From the NCBI GenBank assembly GCA_964016885.1, contig OZ024746.1, positions 55,614,001 through 55,678,000 of the forward strand: a stretch of DNA of 64,000 nucleotides, given 5' to 3'. Under the pieces are notes generated by a model, which was not told the origin of the DNA, ran no database searches, and worked only from the letters and a program-made list of their open reading frames with translations. Source of the stretch: Eledone cirrhosa (Eukaryota). The position numbers and the translations under genes were made by a program. This document shows, piece after piece, positions 44,016 to 56,339 of this stretch. Each line of letters opens with the position of its first letter. Within the stretch, counting starts at the first letter, position 1.

Positions 44016-45167
44016 AAGAGAGAGATTTAGAGAAAGATTAAGAAAACTACACACACACATCTACTGGGAGAGACATAAAAACAGAGGGAGGGGAAAATAG
44101 AGAGATAGGTCGTTAGACAGAGAGAGATACAATTAAAGTGTTAGCTATTCAGAGAGAGAGAGAGAGAGAGAGAGTCGGAAGGACAATGTGACACGGGAGG
44201 GTGTGTAGTATCTTTGCAGTGGAGTGGTGGGGGCAGGTATACCTAGCCGAGCGCCAGCCGGACGGGACAGTTTTGTTTACATATAAATTTCAGCGACATA
44301 CTTTTGTTAGTGTGTCTGTGTTTGCGCGTTTATATTATTATACACATATACGCGTCACTGTGTGAAAAACATTCTAGTGTTGTATAATTCCCTTGTTATA
44401 TTGGTTGCAATATGTCGCATTTTGTTGTTGCTGTTGCTTTATAATTTGTTGCAACATGCCTTATTGTTGTTATACTATGTCGCTGATATTATATAATTGT
44501 TTCTACTATTGGCACAAGGCCAGAAATTACCCAGTACATTACTGGTACTTTATTTTATCGACCCCATAAGGATGAAAGGCAAAGTTAACCCCGGCGGGAT
44601 TTGAACTCAGAATGGAAAGGGCCGTAACTCTATGCGTCCGACCCTTTACCGATACTGACAATTCACGATATAATGTCCTTTTATCATATTTGTATTATGT
44701 TGCTACAATCTGTTCCATATTGTAATTTCTTAGATTACATTTGTTACCCGGTGTGATTATAATTATTATTGTTGCAATCTGATTCAGGGACATTGCTTTT
44801 AAATATGTCGCTTTCTGATCCATAAAGAAAGAAACATAATGTATGACGTCATTGGTCTTCAGTTCTGAAGAAAAAAAGTGATGACGTTATGGTGGCAGAA
44901 ACTTCCGGAAACCTGCTGAACGTTATTCACGAGTTGCTAGGCTGAAATAGCTTCACTTGTCACTCATTCAAAGATAAGTCTTTAATGGACAATTTAATCC
45001 ACTGCAAAAGTCTGGCCTTTCCTTTCTTCTATCTTTCTTTTCTCTTCTTCTTCCTTTCTCTTTCTGTCTTTTTCTTTCTAATACTCTGTCGTTCTTTTCC
45101 CTCCTTTGCTTCATCACTGCCTGTAGCAAACAACATTACCGTAGGATTCCTTCATCTTCCACTTATA

Positions 45168-45403
45168 ACGATGATGATGATGATGATGCTGGTCATGGTG
45201 AAGATGATGATAGTCATGGTGTAGATGATGATGATGTTTATTGTGGTGAAGATGATGATGATGATGGTGATGGTATTGGTTATGGTGAAGATGATGATGG
45301 TCATGTTGTAGATGATGATGATGTTTATTGTGGTGAAGATGATGATGATGATGGTTATGGTGTAGATGATGATGATGATGATGATGATGCTGGTCCTAGC
45401 GAA

Positions 45404-45467
<64 letters not shown>

Positions 45468-46003
45468 GTTATGGTGAAGATGAGTATGAGGGTTATGGTG
45501 ACGATGATGATGGTGGTTATGGGGAATATGATGATGATGATGATGATGATAAAGAAGATGATAAAGGTGATGATGATGGTTATGGTGAAGATGAGGTTGA
45601 CAAAAATACCGACGATGATGATGATGACGATCATGGTGATAATTATGGAGATGATGTTGATGAGATTAATTATAATGATAATGATGAATTTAATGACTGC
45701 TGCGGTTAATGAGCATGATTATAATGATGATGATGATGATCATGATGTTGAAAATGACGATGAACGTGATGATGATGATAATGTTATCAATGATAATGAC
45801 AATGGTAATACTGATTATGATGATGATGACTACGACAAAGATATGACGATGGTTGTGACTTTGATTAAAATGATGATATTGATGATGATGATGATGTTGG
45901 TTGATGTGTTGTCAATAATGATGATGATGATGTTGGTTGATGTGTTGACAATAATGATGATGATGATGTTGATGATGATGATAATGACCGTGACGATGGT
46001 GAC

Positions 46004-46045
<42 letters not shown>

Positions 46046-46095
46046 AATGATAATGATGATGTTGATGTTGTTGATGTATGATGATGTTGATGATT

Positions 46096-46128
<33 letters not shown>

Positions 46129-46162
46129 GTGATGATGGTGGTAACAACGACAATGATGACAC
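45168..46162. repeat. ~1-kb degenerate (GAT)n tract
   Basis: Directly visible, including duplicated higher-order blocks such as gtcatg(g/t)tgtagatgatgatgatgtttattgtggtgaag at 45213 and 45300. Confidence 0.97.
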
Positions 46163-46488
46163 ATAATATGGTCTAAAACACTAAGTACGACTAAAGATGG
46201 GAGAAGACTGCACCGAGTTGGTCAATCACATCTTGTTTGATATGAAAACGTCGCTATATTTTGAAACGCATTACATTAAACAGAGCTGAGTCAGCCAAAA
46301 CCTGCGTGTTGAACAGCCTAATTGCATCCCTAATTCTAACAGAAAAACCTACTAAAAGTTCACATGGCCTGCGCCGGGGTCTATAATGTATCGTAGGGCA
46401 ATAAGCATACACGAAGGCAGTCTAGTGTTGGATGAGAGGACTAGTATTATATTAGATAGAAGGATCTGTATCAGAGTTCATATTTCGA

Positions 46489-46559
<71 letters not shown>

Positions 46560-46560
<1 letters not shown>

Positions 46561-46770
46561 TACCATACCGTCTATGATTATATGTATATATATATAAACA
46601 AAGACGGTATGGTAAGATACCAGGTGGACCATAACTCTCCAGATTACTCAATACTTAGGGTAGTAGAGTGGGTACCCTAAGTATTGAGTAATCTGGAGAG
46701 TTATGGTCCACCTGGTATCTTACCATATCGTCTTTGTTTATATATATACATATAATCATAGACGGTATGG

Positions 46771-46773
<3 letters not shown>
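46560..46773. repeat. Nested fold-back palindrome (~102-bp arms)
   Basis: Arms are 46560-46662 and 46673-46773 with loop gtagagtggg. Each arm itself contains ttaccata(c/t)cgtc...gacggtatggtaa. Same family as 11750-11828. Confidence 0.93.
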
Positions 46774-46799
<26 letters not shown>

Positions 46800-46805
<6 letters not shown>

Positions 46806-47260
46806 ATTAAATAAATGGAAAACTATATTTATAAAACCATATCTATTTCATTATATATATTTCGGGGATATCATATTAACAATATGCTATGCCTTCATCA
46901 GACAAAATACAATATAAACAGTTTTATAGATAAATATATTCGACATACCGTAATAAACATCAACTTCATTTGAAGAGGTTTACTCTAGCAGAGTAAACCT
47001 CTTCAAATGAAGTTGATGTTTATTACGGTATGTCGAATATATTTATCTATAAAACTGTTTATATTGTATTTTGTCTGATGAAGGCATAGCATATTGTTAA
47101 TATGATATCCCCGAAATATATATAATGAAATAGATATGGTTTTATAAATATAGTTTTCCATTTATTTAATATTGTAAATATACTCCAAATATTTGTCGAG
47201 TGCTTTTATATCAGTTATAAATATTTACTAGTTGTAACCCAACAATTTTAAATATAACCT

Positions 47261-47263
<3 letters not shown>
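46800..47263 (+). mobile_element. Penelope-like pseudo-LTR with a perfect 187-bp inverted copy
   Basis: Arms are 46800-46986 and 46990-47176 with loop agc. An HHR lies at 47067-47132. A unique tail runs to (TA)n at about 47265. Confidence 0.8.
47067..47132 (+). ncRNA. Type I hammerhead ribozyme motif (mirror copy on minus strand at 46844-46909)
   Basis: Stem I TATTTTGT/ATGAAATA (two G-U pairs), CTGATGA at 47075, stem II atagcatatt-gtt-aatatgatat, GAA at 47113, palindromic stem III ATATATAT, triplet AUA ending at 47124. Confidence 0.65.
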
Positions 47264-47322
<59 letters not shown>

Positions 47323-48770
47323 TGGATGGATGGATGGATGGATGGATGGATGGATGGATGGATGGATGGATGGGGAGAGAGATGGAGGGGAGACAGATAC
47401 AGAGAGAGATATTTGTGTGTGTGTGTGAGTGTATGCGTAATGTCAGCAAGGATAACCAACACGGGAGAACAACATATGAAAATGATGATATATATTGACA
47501 TGAGTTTAAGGTGTGATATAGGCGAAAAGTCTCCAGGAATCGTACGTTAGATCATCATCGGATGAGATATAGAAAAGGAATAGGAAGATTAACAAGAGAA
47601 AGAAAAGAAAGTAACGAGAAAAACCAGAAGTATTTTGTCAACAAATTTCTCTTTCCATCTCTCTTCCTCTATCCCTGTCGCTTCCTTCTGTCCATGACAA
47701 TACTTCATCCACCAACATCCAGTGTCGTAGACTGCGTACACACGGTCGAATATCTCTTAATGGCTAGACCATTGCTTCTATTTTCTCTCATCCTAGGACT
47801 AGCATCCAAAGTATTTATATTTATGTTCAATTTTATTCTCCTATTTACCAGTGCATTACTTGTACTTTATTTTATCGACCACGTCAGGATGAAAGGCAAA
47901 GTGGTTTTCTAAAGATGCCATGATTAAATCTACCCCAGTACATTACTGGTACTTTATTTTATCGGCAACGTGAGGATTAAAGGCGAAGCTAACCCCAGCG
48001 AGGTTTGAACTTAGAACGTAAAGATCCGTAATATACCGCGAAACATGGTGTCCAAGGTTTTACTGATACTGATAATCTACTGCCCTTATATGGAAGTTAT
48101 AACGTTGCACAATTCTGTAGTACCTGGTTTACAAAATCCCCGGATAGCTACGATTTGAACACCTTTGCTCACCTACATAATCAATTATAACACTTAGTTG
48201 TATGTATCGAGGGAACTGTAACATTCGATGGAATCGTGGCGGTGTCTGCGGCACATGTGGTTTATCTTGTGCACTTTAGATGTAGTGGAGACCTTCCTTT
48301 CTCCAGAGAAGAACACAGCAGATTTCTTTGAGAGAAGCCGTGATACCTTATTCCGCACCTTATTTTCATAAATATTTTTGTCTGTTAAAATTCTTTGGTT
48401 TGTAGAAATATGTTGTCTTTATTAGTCTAATTCGTTGAAAGGCACAATTCCTCTCACATTTCCTTTTTGCTCTCCTGCTACGGTGCCGCGTGCACTGAAA
48501 TATATAATCTTAAAATTAATTGTTTCTACTTGTGGCACACGGCCAGCAACTACCCCAGTGTATTACTGGTACTTTATTTTATCGACCCCGTAAGGATGAA
48601 AGGCAAAGTTAACCTCGGCGGGATGTGAAATCAGACCATAAAGGGCCGCAACTCTTTGCTGTAAAGCATGGTGACAGACACTCTACCGATAATGCACAAA
48701 AATATTCGAAGAAAATCGGAAATTTGACTTAAAAGAGGGTCCTTTTTTCGTTCTTTATCATCTGTGTTCC

Positions 48771-48807
<37 letters not shown>

Positions 48808-48889
48808 CGCGTGACTGTCTCCCCCTCCGCCTTTTGGGATTCTTTCTCACGTCGTGTAGACGCGTTCTTGAGACTAGTAAAATGAGGTA

Positions 48890-48977
48890 TCCTCTTGATA
48901 AGTCGGCAGACCTCGCAAGGACTCTATATCTTTGATATATTGTTTTTGTTTATGCCACGAAACTACGTAGTCGAGGA
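48890..48977 (+). ncRNA. Type I hammerhead ribozyme, U3-A8 core variant (copy 1)
   Basis: TCCTC-TTGATAA-GT(C)GGCA...TGCCAC-GAA-ACTACGTAGT-C-GAGGA. The GUC triplet predicts a cut after 48972. Confidence 0.8.
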
Positions 48978-49480
48978 ATTTAGGAACAGTTTAGGTATGA
49001 TACATTTTATTACTAATTATATCTAAATGTTTCTTCTCTCTTCATAATGTATTTTTAACTCTGATACTGGTTCAGTCTGGTTCAAACTGAATTGGTCTGT
49101 CCCAGTCATTCATTGAGCAACATCGGTGAAGTTGGCACCCTTAACTCACAGTTGGGTGCGGATGCATTCATGTATATATGTGTGTGTCCGCATGTATCTG
49201 TGTGTTTCTAAATATATTAATAACTCCCTCTGGTCGAGCAATCTTTGAAGTGTGGGGACAACTGGAAAGCTTCCATTACTCATACTTCTCGCCTTCTTCA
49301 CTACCTCTTCTACGGCCTCGATATGAATACCCCCTCCGCCTCCGTGGTATTTTCTTCGTGGTTATAAGAGGTTTAGCTCTGTTTCTCGACCGTTATATCG
49401 CGTGACTGTCTCCCCCTCCGCCTTTTGGGATTCTTTCTCACGTCGTGTAGACGCGTTCTTGAGACTAGTAAAATGAGGTA

Positions 49481-49568
49481 TCCTCTTGATAAGTCGGCAG
49501 ACCTCGCAAGGACTCTATATCTTTGATATATTGTTTTTGTTTATGCCACGAAACTACGTAGTCGAGGA
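49481..49568 (+). ncRNA. Type I hammerhead ribozyme, U3-A8 core variant (copy 2)
   Basis: Identical to copy 1, with a predicted cut after 49563. Confidence 0.8.
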
Positions 49569-49637
49569 ATTTAGGAACAGTTTAGGTATGATACATTTTA
49601 TTACTAATTATATCTAAATGTTTCTTCTCTCTTCATA

Positions 49638-49707
<70 letters not shown>

Positions 49708-50231
49708 TAGAGAGAGAGAGAGTAGAGATAGAGAGAGAGAGAGACATTTGAATGTCTAGACTTTGTGTGAATATCTGTTTAGTAATAGCAGTACTAAAGT
49801 AGTAGACGCTGTGTGACAATTATCATTATTTTTATATATAGCTGTAATTGTTAATTACTTCTAACATTCGTTCTTGTTAATAAGCTTCACCTCGTCAATG
49901 ACATAAAATTAATTCTATCTAATCTATCCGTATGCTTGCATCTGAAGTGCTACTTCCCGTTTTCTTGTCCAGCCATTATGCCTTTTGCGAAATTTCAATA
50001 CGATATTGGTCAGTAATATATTGAAACGATTCTAACGTCCTGAGAGTTTAAAATATCTGATTGTGCGAAGAAACCTTTAAAAGGTGAAAGCAGAGTTTCT
50101 GTGCTTAATATTATAATCTGTTGAAATCGTAGATATTTGACCTACGGCTCGCTCTCTCTCTCTATCTCTCTCTCTCTACTTGCTCTCTCTCTGTATATAT
50201 ATATGTATATATATACAGAGAGAGAGCAAGT

Positions 50232-50274
<43 letters not shown>

Positions 50275-51392
50275 TAGGTATGTAGGTACGTACGTACGTA
50301 GGTAGGAAGGTAGGTAGGTAGGTAGGTACGTAGGTAGGTAGGTAGGAAGGTAGGTAGGTAGGAAGGTAGGTAGCGATGTAGGTAGGCAGGTAGATAAATA
50401 GATATATAGATATGTATAGCTATAAGGAACATATATACGATTTAAAACATATTATAATCTCATAATTTTTCTACTTTCGGCACAATGCCAGCAATAACCC
50501 AGTGTATGTTTTTATGTGTGTGTATGTGTATGTGTGTATTAACACTAACAGCAAACATATTGGGTACATGGCAATACAGAAATATTCTTTTGCAATACAA
50601 TGCAAAAAACTACACCCATCACACTGCACTCACTACATTGCACTGCCTCATACTACTCTAGATTATACGAACTGCTCTATATTGCTTTGCAATCTAATCT
50701 ATTATATTTCACTCCGACACTACAAAACACTGCAGTAAACGCCACTACATTACATTAGACTATTACACTACACAGCATACGATGCATGCCACAGCACTGT
50801 CCATTACACTACTACACTACTCTACACTAAAATATACAACACACATCACTGTGCATCACTGTACATTAGTCTACTACAATACACTTTATTGCATTAAAAG
50901 GAAAAATCATTATAATATTTGAAAGCTGTCAGTCTTCAATATTTCAGCTACTCAATGCTTTAATCTGGTTTAAACTACAAAAACAACAAAAATACGCTAC
51001 TAACATAACCACTAACAACACCACTATCACTGACAACATCGTTACCAACATCACCACTATCACCAAAATAACCAACATCTCAAATACCATTATCACTACC
51101 AACGACGCTACCACCACAACCACCACCAACAGCAGCAACAACAGAACCACAGCATTAACAATAACAACCAAACAAGAAGAATACTAACACCACTATCACC
51201 ACAACTACCAAAACTGGCACTAGCAGTACCAACATCTTTATAACCATCGCCACCACCATCACCACACACTACGAATGACATAAACACACATCATCAGCAG
51301 CATGGGCAACATCAATGTTGCATTTAAGTAGAACAGCAATACAAAGAGCATCATCATCACCAGCATCATAAATATTACCAGCAATTTAAGGG

Positions 51393-52304
51393 CATTGGAT
51401 CTATAATAACGAATTCTTTATTAGCCACATAGGGCTCACATTAAGGAGACATTAAATACGGTACATTGGATCTATAATAATTGTTTCTACTTTTGGCACA
51501 AGGCCAGAAATTACCCAGTGCATTACTAGTACTTTATTTTATCAACCCGTAAGGATGAAAGGCAAAGTTAACCTCGGCGGGATTTGAACACAGAATGGCA
51601 AGGGCCGTAACTCCATGCGTCAAAGCATGGCGCCCGACCCTCTACCGATACTGCCAATCCACATTGTATCTATAATAATGATTTCTAATATAGGCACAAG
51701 GCCAGTAATTTGGGGAGGGGAAAGTTGATTAAATCGACCCAAGTGGTGCTTTATTTTATGGACCCCGTAAGGATGAAAGGCAAAGTTAACCTTGGCGGGA
51801 TTTGAACTCAGTTCATAAAGAGCCGTAGCTCTATGCTGCAAAGCATGGCGACCGACCATCCTCATATACTGCCAATATACCGTGTTTGTGATCTATAATA
51901 GTTGTTTCTACTTTTTGGCACAAGGCCAGAAATTATCTCAGTACAATACTGGTACTTTATTTTATCGACCCCGTAAGGATGAAAGACAAAGTTAACATCG
52001 GAGGGATTTGAACTCAGAACATAAAGGGCCGTAGCTCTATGCTACAAAGGATGGCGACCGACCATCCTCATATACTGCCAATCTACTGTGTTTGTGATCT
52101 ATAATAGCTGTTTCTACTTTTTGGCACAAGGGCAGAAATTATCCCAGTACTTTATTTTATCGACCCCGTAAGGATGAAAGGCAAAGTTAACATCGGATGG
52201 ATTTGAACTCAGAACATAAAGGGGCGTAACTCTATACTGCAAAGCATGGCATCTGACACCCTACCGAGGCTGCCAATCCACCGCCCTTTTGTGATCTATA
52301 ATAA
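51393..52304 (-). mobile_element. Stack of four family A SINEs plus a Tx1-tail fragment, separated by repeated target sequence
   Basis: SINEs at about 51481-51661, 51679-51882, 51901-52086 and 52107-52286. Tx1-like tail at 51410-51463. (g/t)atctataata occurs six times between the units. Confidence 0.9.
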
Positions 52305-52616
52305 TGACCTATAAATACAACAAATTCACCACAGCAATACCAACATTGTCATCAACAACAAACTTCAACTATAATAAATATATAGTTATAAACACCGCCA
52401 TCAACAACCACATCTGTAATAGAAGAGGAATCATCATCATCGATAACACAAACATCATGCAAAGAACAAAACATTACATATATCATCAGCAATATCATTG
52501 TCAACGAAAATAAGGAATTTACAATTACAAACACTACTAATGGAAAGACTACTTTCAAATTAGCAAGTAACAACATCAACACATATAACAAAAACTATAT
52601 CTCAGTATTAGTAGTA

Positions 52617-53112
52617 GTTGGATTGGCTGTATCGATAGACGGTCAGACACCATGATTTGCAAAATAGAGTTACAGCCCTTTATGATCTGAGTTCAAATCC
52701 CGCCGAGCTTAACGTTGCCTTTCATCCTTACGCGGTGTGTGTGTGTGACAGCTCCCACCTTTGCAGGTTTAGCTGGCCTCACCCGAGCTATATCTCGTTG
52801 GAGGTCTCTTGGGTAATTTAATAATAGGGACCCCAGTCCTATCATCTCATTTCTACAGCTGAGTAAACTGGAGCAACAGGAAATAAAGTGTCTTGCTCAA
52901 GGAAACAACATCTCCCGGTCCGAGAATTGAACACAGAACCTTTCGATTGCAAGCCCAATGCTCTAACTACTAAGCCATGCGCCTTACGGGGTCGATGAAA
53001 TAAAGTACCACTCACGCACTAGGGTAGATTTAATCGACTTTCACCCCCACCCCCCCACCCCCACCCCCCAAAAAAAAGAAAAGGCTGGCCCTCTGCCTAT
53101 ATAAGAAACCAA
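52617..53112 (+). mobile_element. Family A SINE interrupted by a family B SINE
   Basis: The core ...catccttacg|gggtcgat is split. ccttacg is duplicated at 52726-52732 and 52982-52988. Confidence 0.9.
52733..52981 (-). mobile_element. tRNA-headed SINE family B (CORE-like), full length with (CA)n tail
   Basis: Reverse complement gcatggcttagtagttagagcattgggcttgcaatcgaaaggttctgtgttcaattctcggacc..ccttgagcaagacactt. Homologous to 60881-61030. Confidence 0.85.
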
Positions 53113-53442
53113 TATTAGTGTCAGTTTATGTGTCAACAGTTAGTGTACTAAAACCACTAAATTCACTACAGCCACTACTACATCCACCGACGATGACAAT
53201 AACAAAACCACCAACAAAAACAACAATACCAACAAAGATATCATCAACTATATGGACCAAATGAAATTTGGGAACATGTGCACTGTCATTAAAGCCACTA
53301 TAGCGACCAGCATCACCAGCATCAACACCACGAACATCACCAATAAGTTCCCTGACAACAACAACAAAGCCAACAGCTACACGAGTAACAACAAAAATAT
53401 TAACTATATCAACCACAACAAAATGGTGGATTAAGTACACTT

Positions 53443-54178
53443 CACCACAACCATCACCACGACCACCATATCCACAAAACCAAGATCACCACCTCAAGCA
53501 CCACCACCACAACCAGCACCACAACCACCACCACGACTACCAACACCACCACACCCACCACCACCAAAACTACCACCAGAATCACCACTAAAACCACCAG
53601 CACAACTACCACTACAACCATAACCACCACCTACACGACCATCATCATCACCACCACCACCATCACCACCACCACCACCACAACCATCACCACCACCACC
53701 ACCACCACCATCACGACCACCACGACCACCACCATCACCACTACAACCACCACTACGACCACCATCACCACCACAACCACCATCACCACTACAACCACGA
53801 CCACAACCACAACCACCACAAGGACCACCATCACGACCACCCTCATACCACCCTCACCACCACAACCACCACCACGAACAGCATCACCACACCAACCACC
53901 ACCACAACCACCATCACCACCACAACCACCATCACCACCACAACCACCATCACCACCACAACCACCACAACCACCATCACCACCACATCTACCACCACCA
54001 CCAGCATCACCATCACCACCACAACAACCATAACCACGACTACCATCACCAGTACAACCACCACCACAGCTACCATCACCACCAAAAGCACCACCACAAC
54101 CATTACGACCGCAAGAACACCACAACTACCAGTACCACCACAACCACCACCACAAACTTCACCACCACCACCACCAAG
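53443..54178. repeat. Degenerate (CAC/CAA/CAT)n tract
   Basis: Directly visible. It is the source of the Gly/Val-rich pseudo-ORFs. Confidence 0.95.
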
Positions 54179-55756
54179 TTTATTATCAACAACAACAAAA
54201 ACAAAAACATCACTAACAACGACGTCATAAACATAAACAATATGATTAGTAATATTTTCACTATCACTCAAATAACAAAGGAGCAACAACAGTATCAAAT
54301 ACAGTTTCAAAAACATTAGCATTGTCTTCACTACTAACATTCACAACAACCTCAGCAAGAAGTGCAGTATATTCAGCAGCCTCAGACATTGGCAGTATTT
54401 AATATAAACAACAAGAACAATAACACAACATTCGCACCATTAGCCGCAGTAGCAGAAACAGCAGTCACCACAGCTGCAGAAAATGAAGCAGCAAGACCAG
54501 AAACATAAAAGCAGCGACAAGTAGCTGTAACAACGGTCCTTGCAGCGACATCAACTGCAGTTACAGCAGCTGCAGCGACTGCAGTTGAATGGGCATCAAA
54601 GCTAGAATAAAATTGATTTATTCAGCAGCAACATGAATATCAGATCAGTTCAAACAACCATCATTACCACCGACAGCAAAAACTAAACCACCAATATTAA
54701 CATCACTACTACCAGTGCCGACTCCCTAATGACATCCCCAACAACACCTCTACAAACACAAGTAATTATATCACAAGCAACATCCTCATCACACTTAGCA
54801 ACACCACAACAGCCATCAAACCTTCCTCCACCAAGCCCCAAACCACTACCAATAATATTACTGTTAACACCTAATATAACCAACATCACTGACAATATTT
54901 TGACCAATGTGTATCAATGCAGCCATTCCACGGAGATTTTGTCCAGCGCCACAATAATTTCAACAACAACAGCGGCACTACCTCCTAAATCAACGCCAAA
55001 ACGACCACAACTATCATCACCATCGCCATCAAGACATCCACCAAATCTACCATCAAAATAACTACAACCACCACCACTACCACCACCATCAACAACACCA
55101 TCATATCTTTCACTATAATATGGCCCATAGCCCTATCAATTTTTTCAATAGACCACAATTTCCTCGTCCTGTGTTAATGTACAATATTATCAATGACCTC
55201 TAAGAAAAGCGCTTGGTCGCTCAATTTTTGGGGAAATGAATTTAGTCGAATTTATCGATCCTAGAATTTGATTTCTTAAATATTTTATCAACTTCATTAT
55301 TTGATTGGTTATTAATTTATCGATCCAGGAAGAATTTGAACTAACATTCTAAAGGAAAATTATAGAATACCGTCGGTTGTTTTATCTGTCACTCTACAGA
55401 TTCTGACACTGAGCGTTCTCCAGAAGTATATTTTGTTGTTGGGCTTCCGTCGGTTTCGGTGGCATGTGTTCTAGTTGACAGCTCATTAAAATAACGTACA
55501 AATGGCTGGGCATTGCACGGATTTGTTCTCCATTGATGCCCTTCTCACCAGGTTTGTGCATGGCACAATACGTATGTCACAAGGCAGTCCCTCTGAATTA
55601 CTGGCACAGCCCCATTTTCAGATGAGTTCACTGAACAACATGAAATAAAAAAAAGGATTGTAAAAGAAAACAAGGCACCCCTCGGAATCTAACTCGTGTT
55701 CTTGACCCTAAGAATCTAAGCAGTAAGCTATTCACTTTAAAAAAATATATAATATA

Positions 55757-56339
55757 TAGTAATTCCCCGCTATATTGCGGTTCACATTTCGCGGTCCCGC
55801 TATATCGCGGATTTTTCTTTCGAACATATCTAATTTCCTATCGCGGTAATCATCGCTACATCGCGGATTGTTCGTTTGAACATATCTATTTTGTAATCGC
55901 GGTTACGTCTAAATAAATAGTGTTTAAAATTTAAACTTATTAAATAAGTTTCAATGTGATTGACGTGTATAGCGTAACATCTTAACATTTTAACTATGAA
56001 AACATGTTTTCATTTTTCATTCCATTACTGTTTTACTAATTGTGTTTTTCTCCAATCTACTACAAACGGGAGATGTGCAGTGTATTATCCAGTGGCTACC
56101 GAGGCCGGTAATGGTCGTCATTGTTAATTAGTGGTACGATCGTTACTGTCTGTTTTTGGTGTTTAAAGACAAAAGTGTGTTTTAATGAGTTTATATGTAC
56201 TTAAAGCATGTATGAGAGGTATTTTTAAGGCTTAAATTATGAAAACAGCGGTTTCATTTATGGTCTCTATATATCGCGTATTTTCATTTATCGCGGTTGG
56301 TTCTGGAACGTATCCCCCGCGATAAATGGGGGACTACTG
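55757..56339. mobile_element. Tc1/mariner (Tigger/pogo-like) MITE
   Basis: ta|tagtaattccccgctatattgcgg ... ccgcgataaatgggggactactg|ta, with subterminal atcgcgg repeats and a TA TSD. Confidence 0.8.

Larger units (their letters stand above)
48802..49643 (+). mobile_element. Retrozyme-like non-autonomous element with two identical 251-bp direct repeats
   Basis: 48802-49052 equals 49393-49643 (offset 591), with a 340-bp non-coding spacer. Each repeat holds an HHR and (TA)n lies on both flanks. Confidence 0.8.

Noticed and set aside
45152-46166. 266-aa poly-Met and poly-Ile/His ORFs
   Set aside because: Artefacts of the (GAT)n tract.
53631-54340. Gly/Cys-rich ORF resembling a structural protein
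   Set aside because: It lies wholly within a degenerate (CAC)n tract and switches to poly-Val, with no signal peptide or splice evidence.
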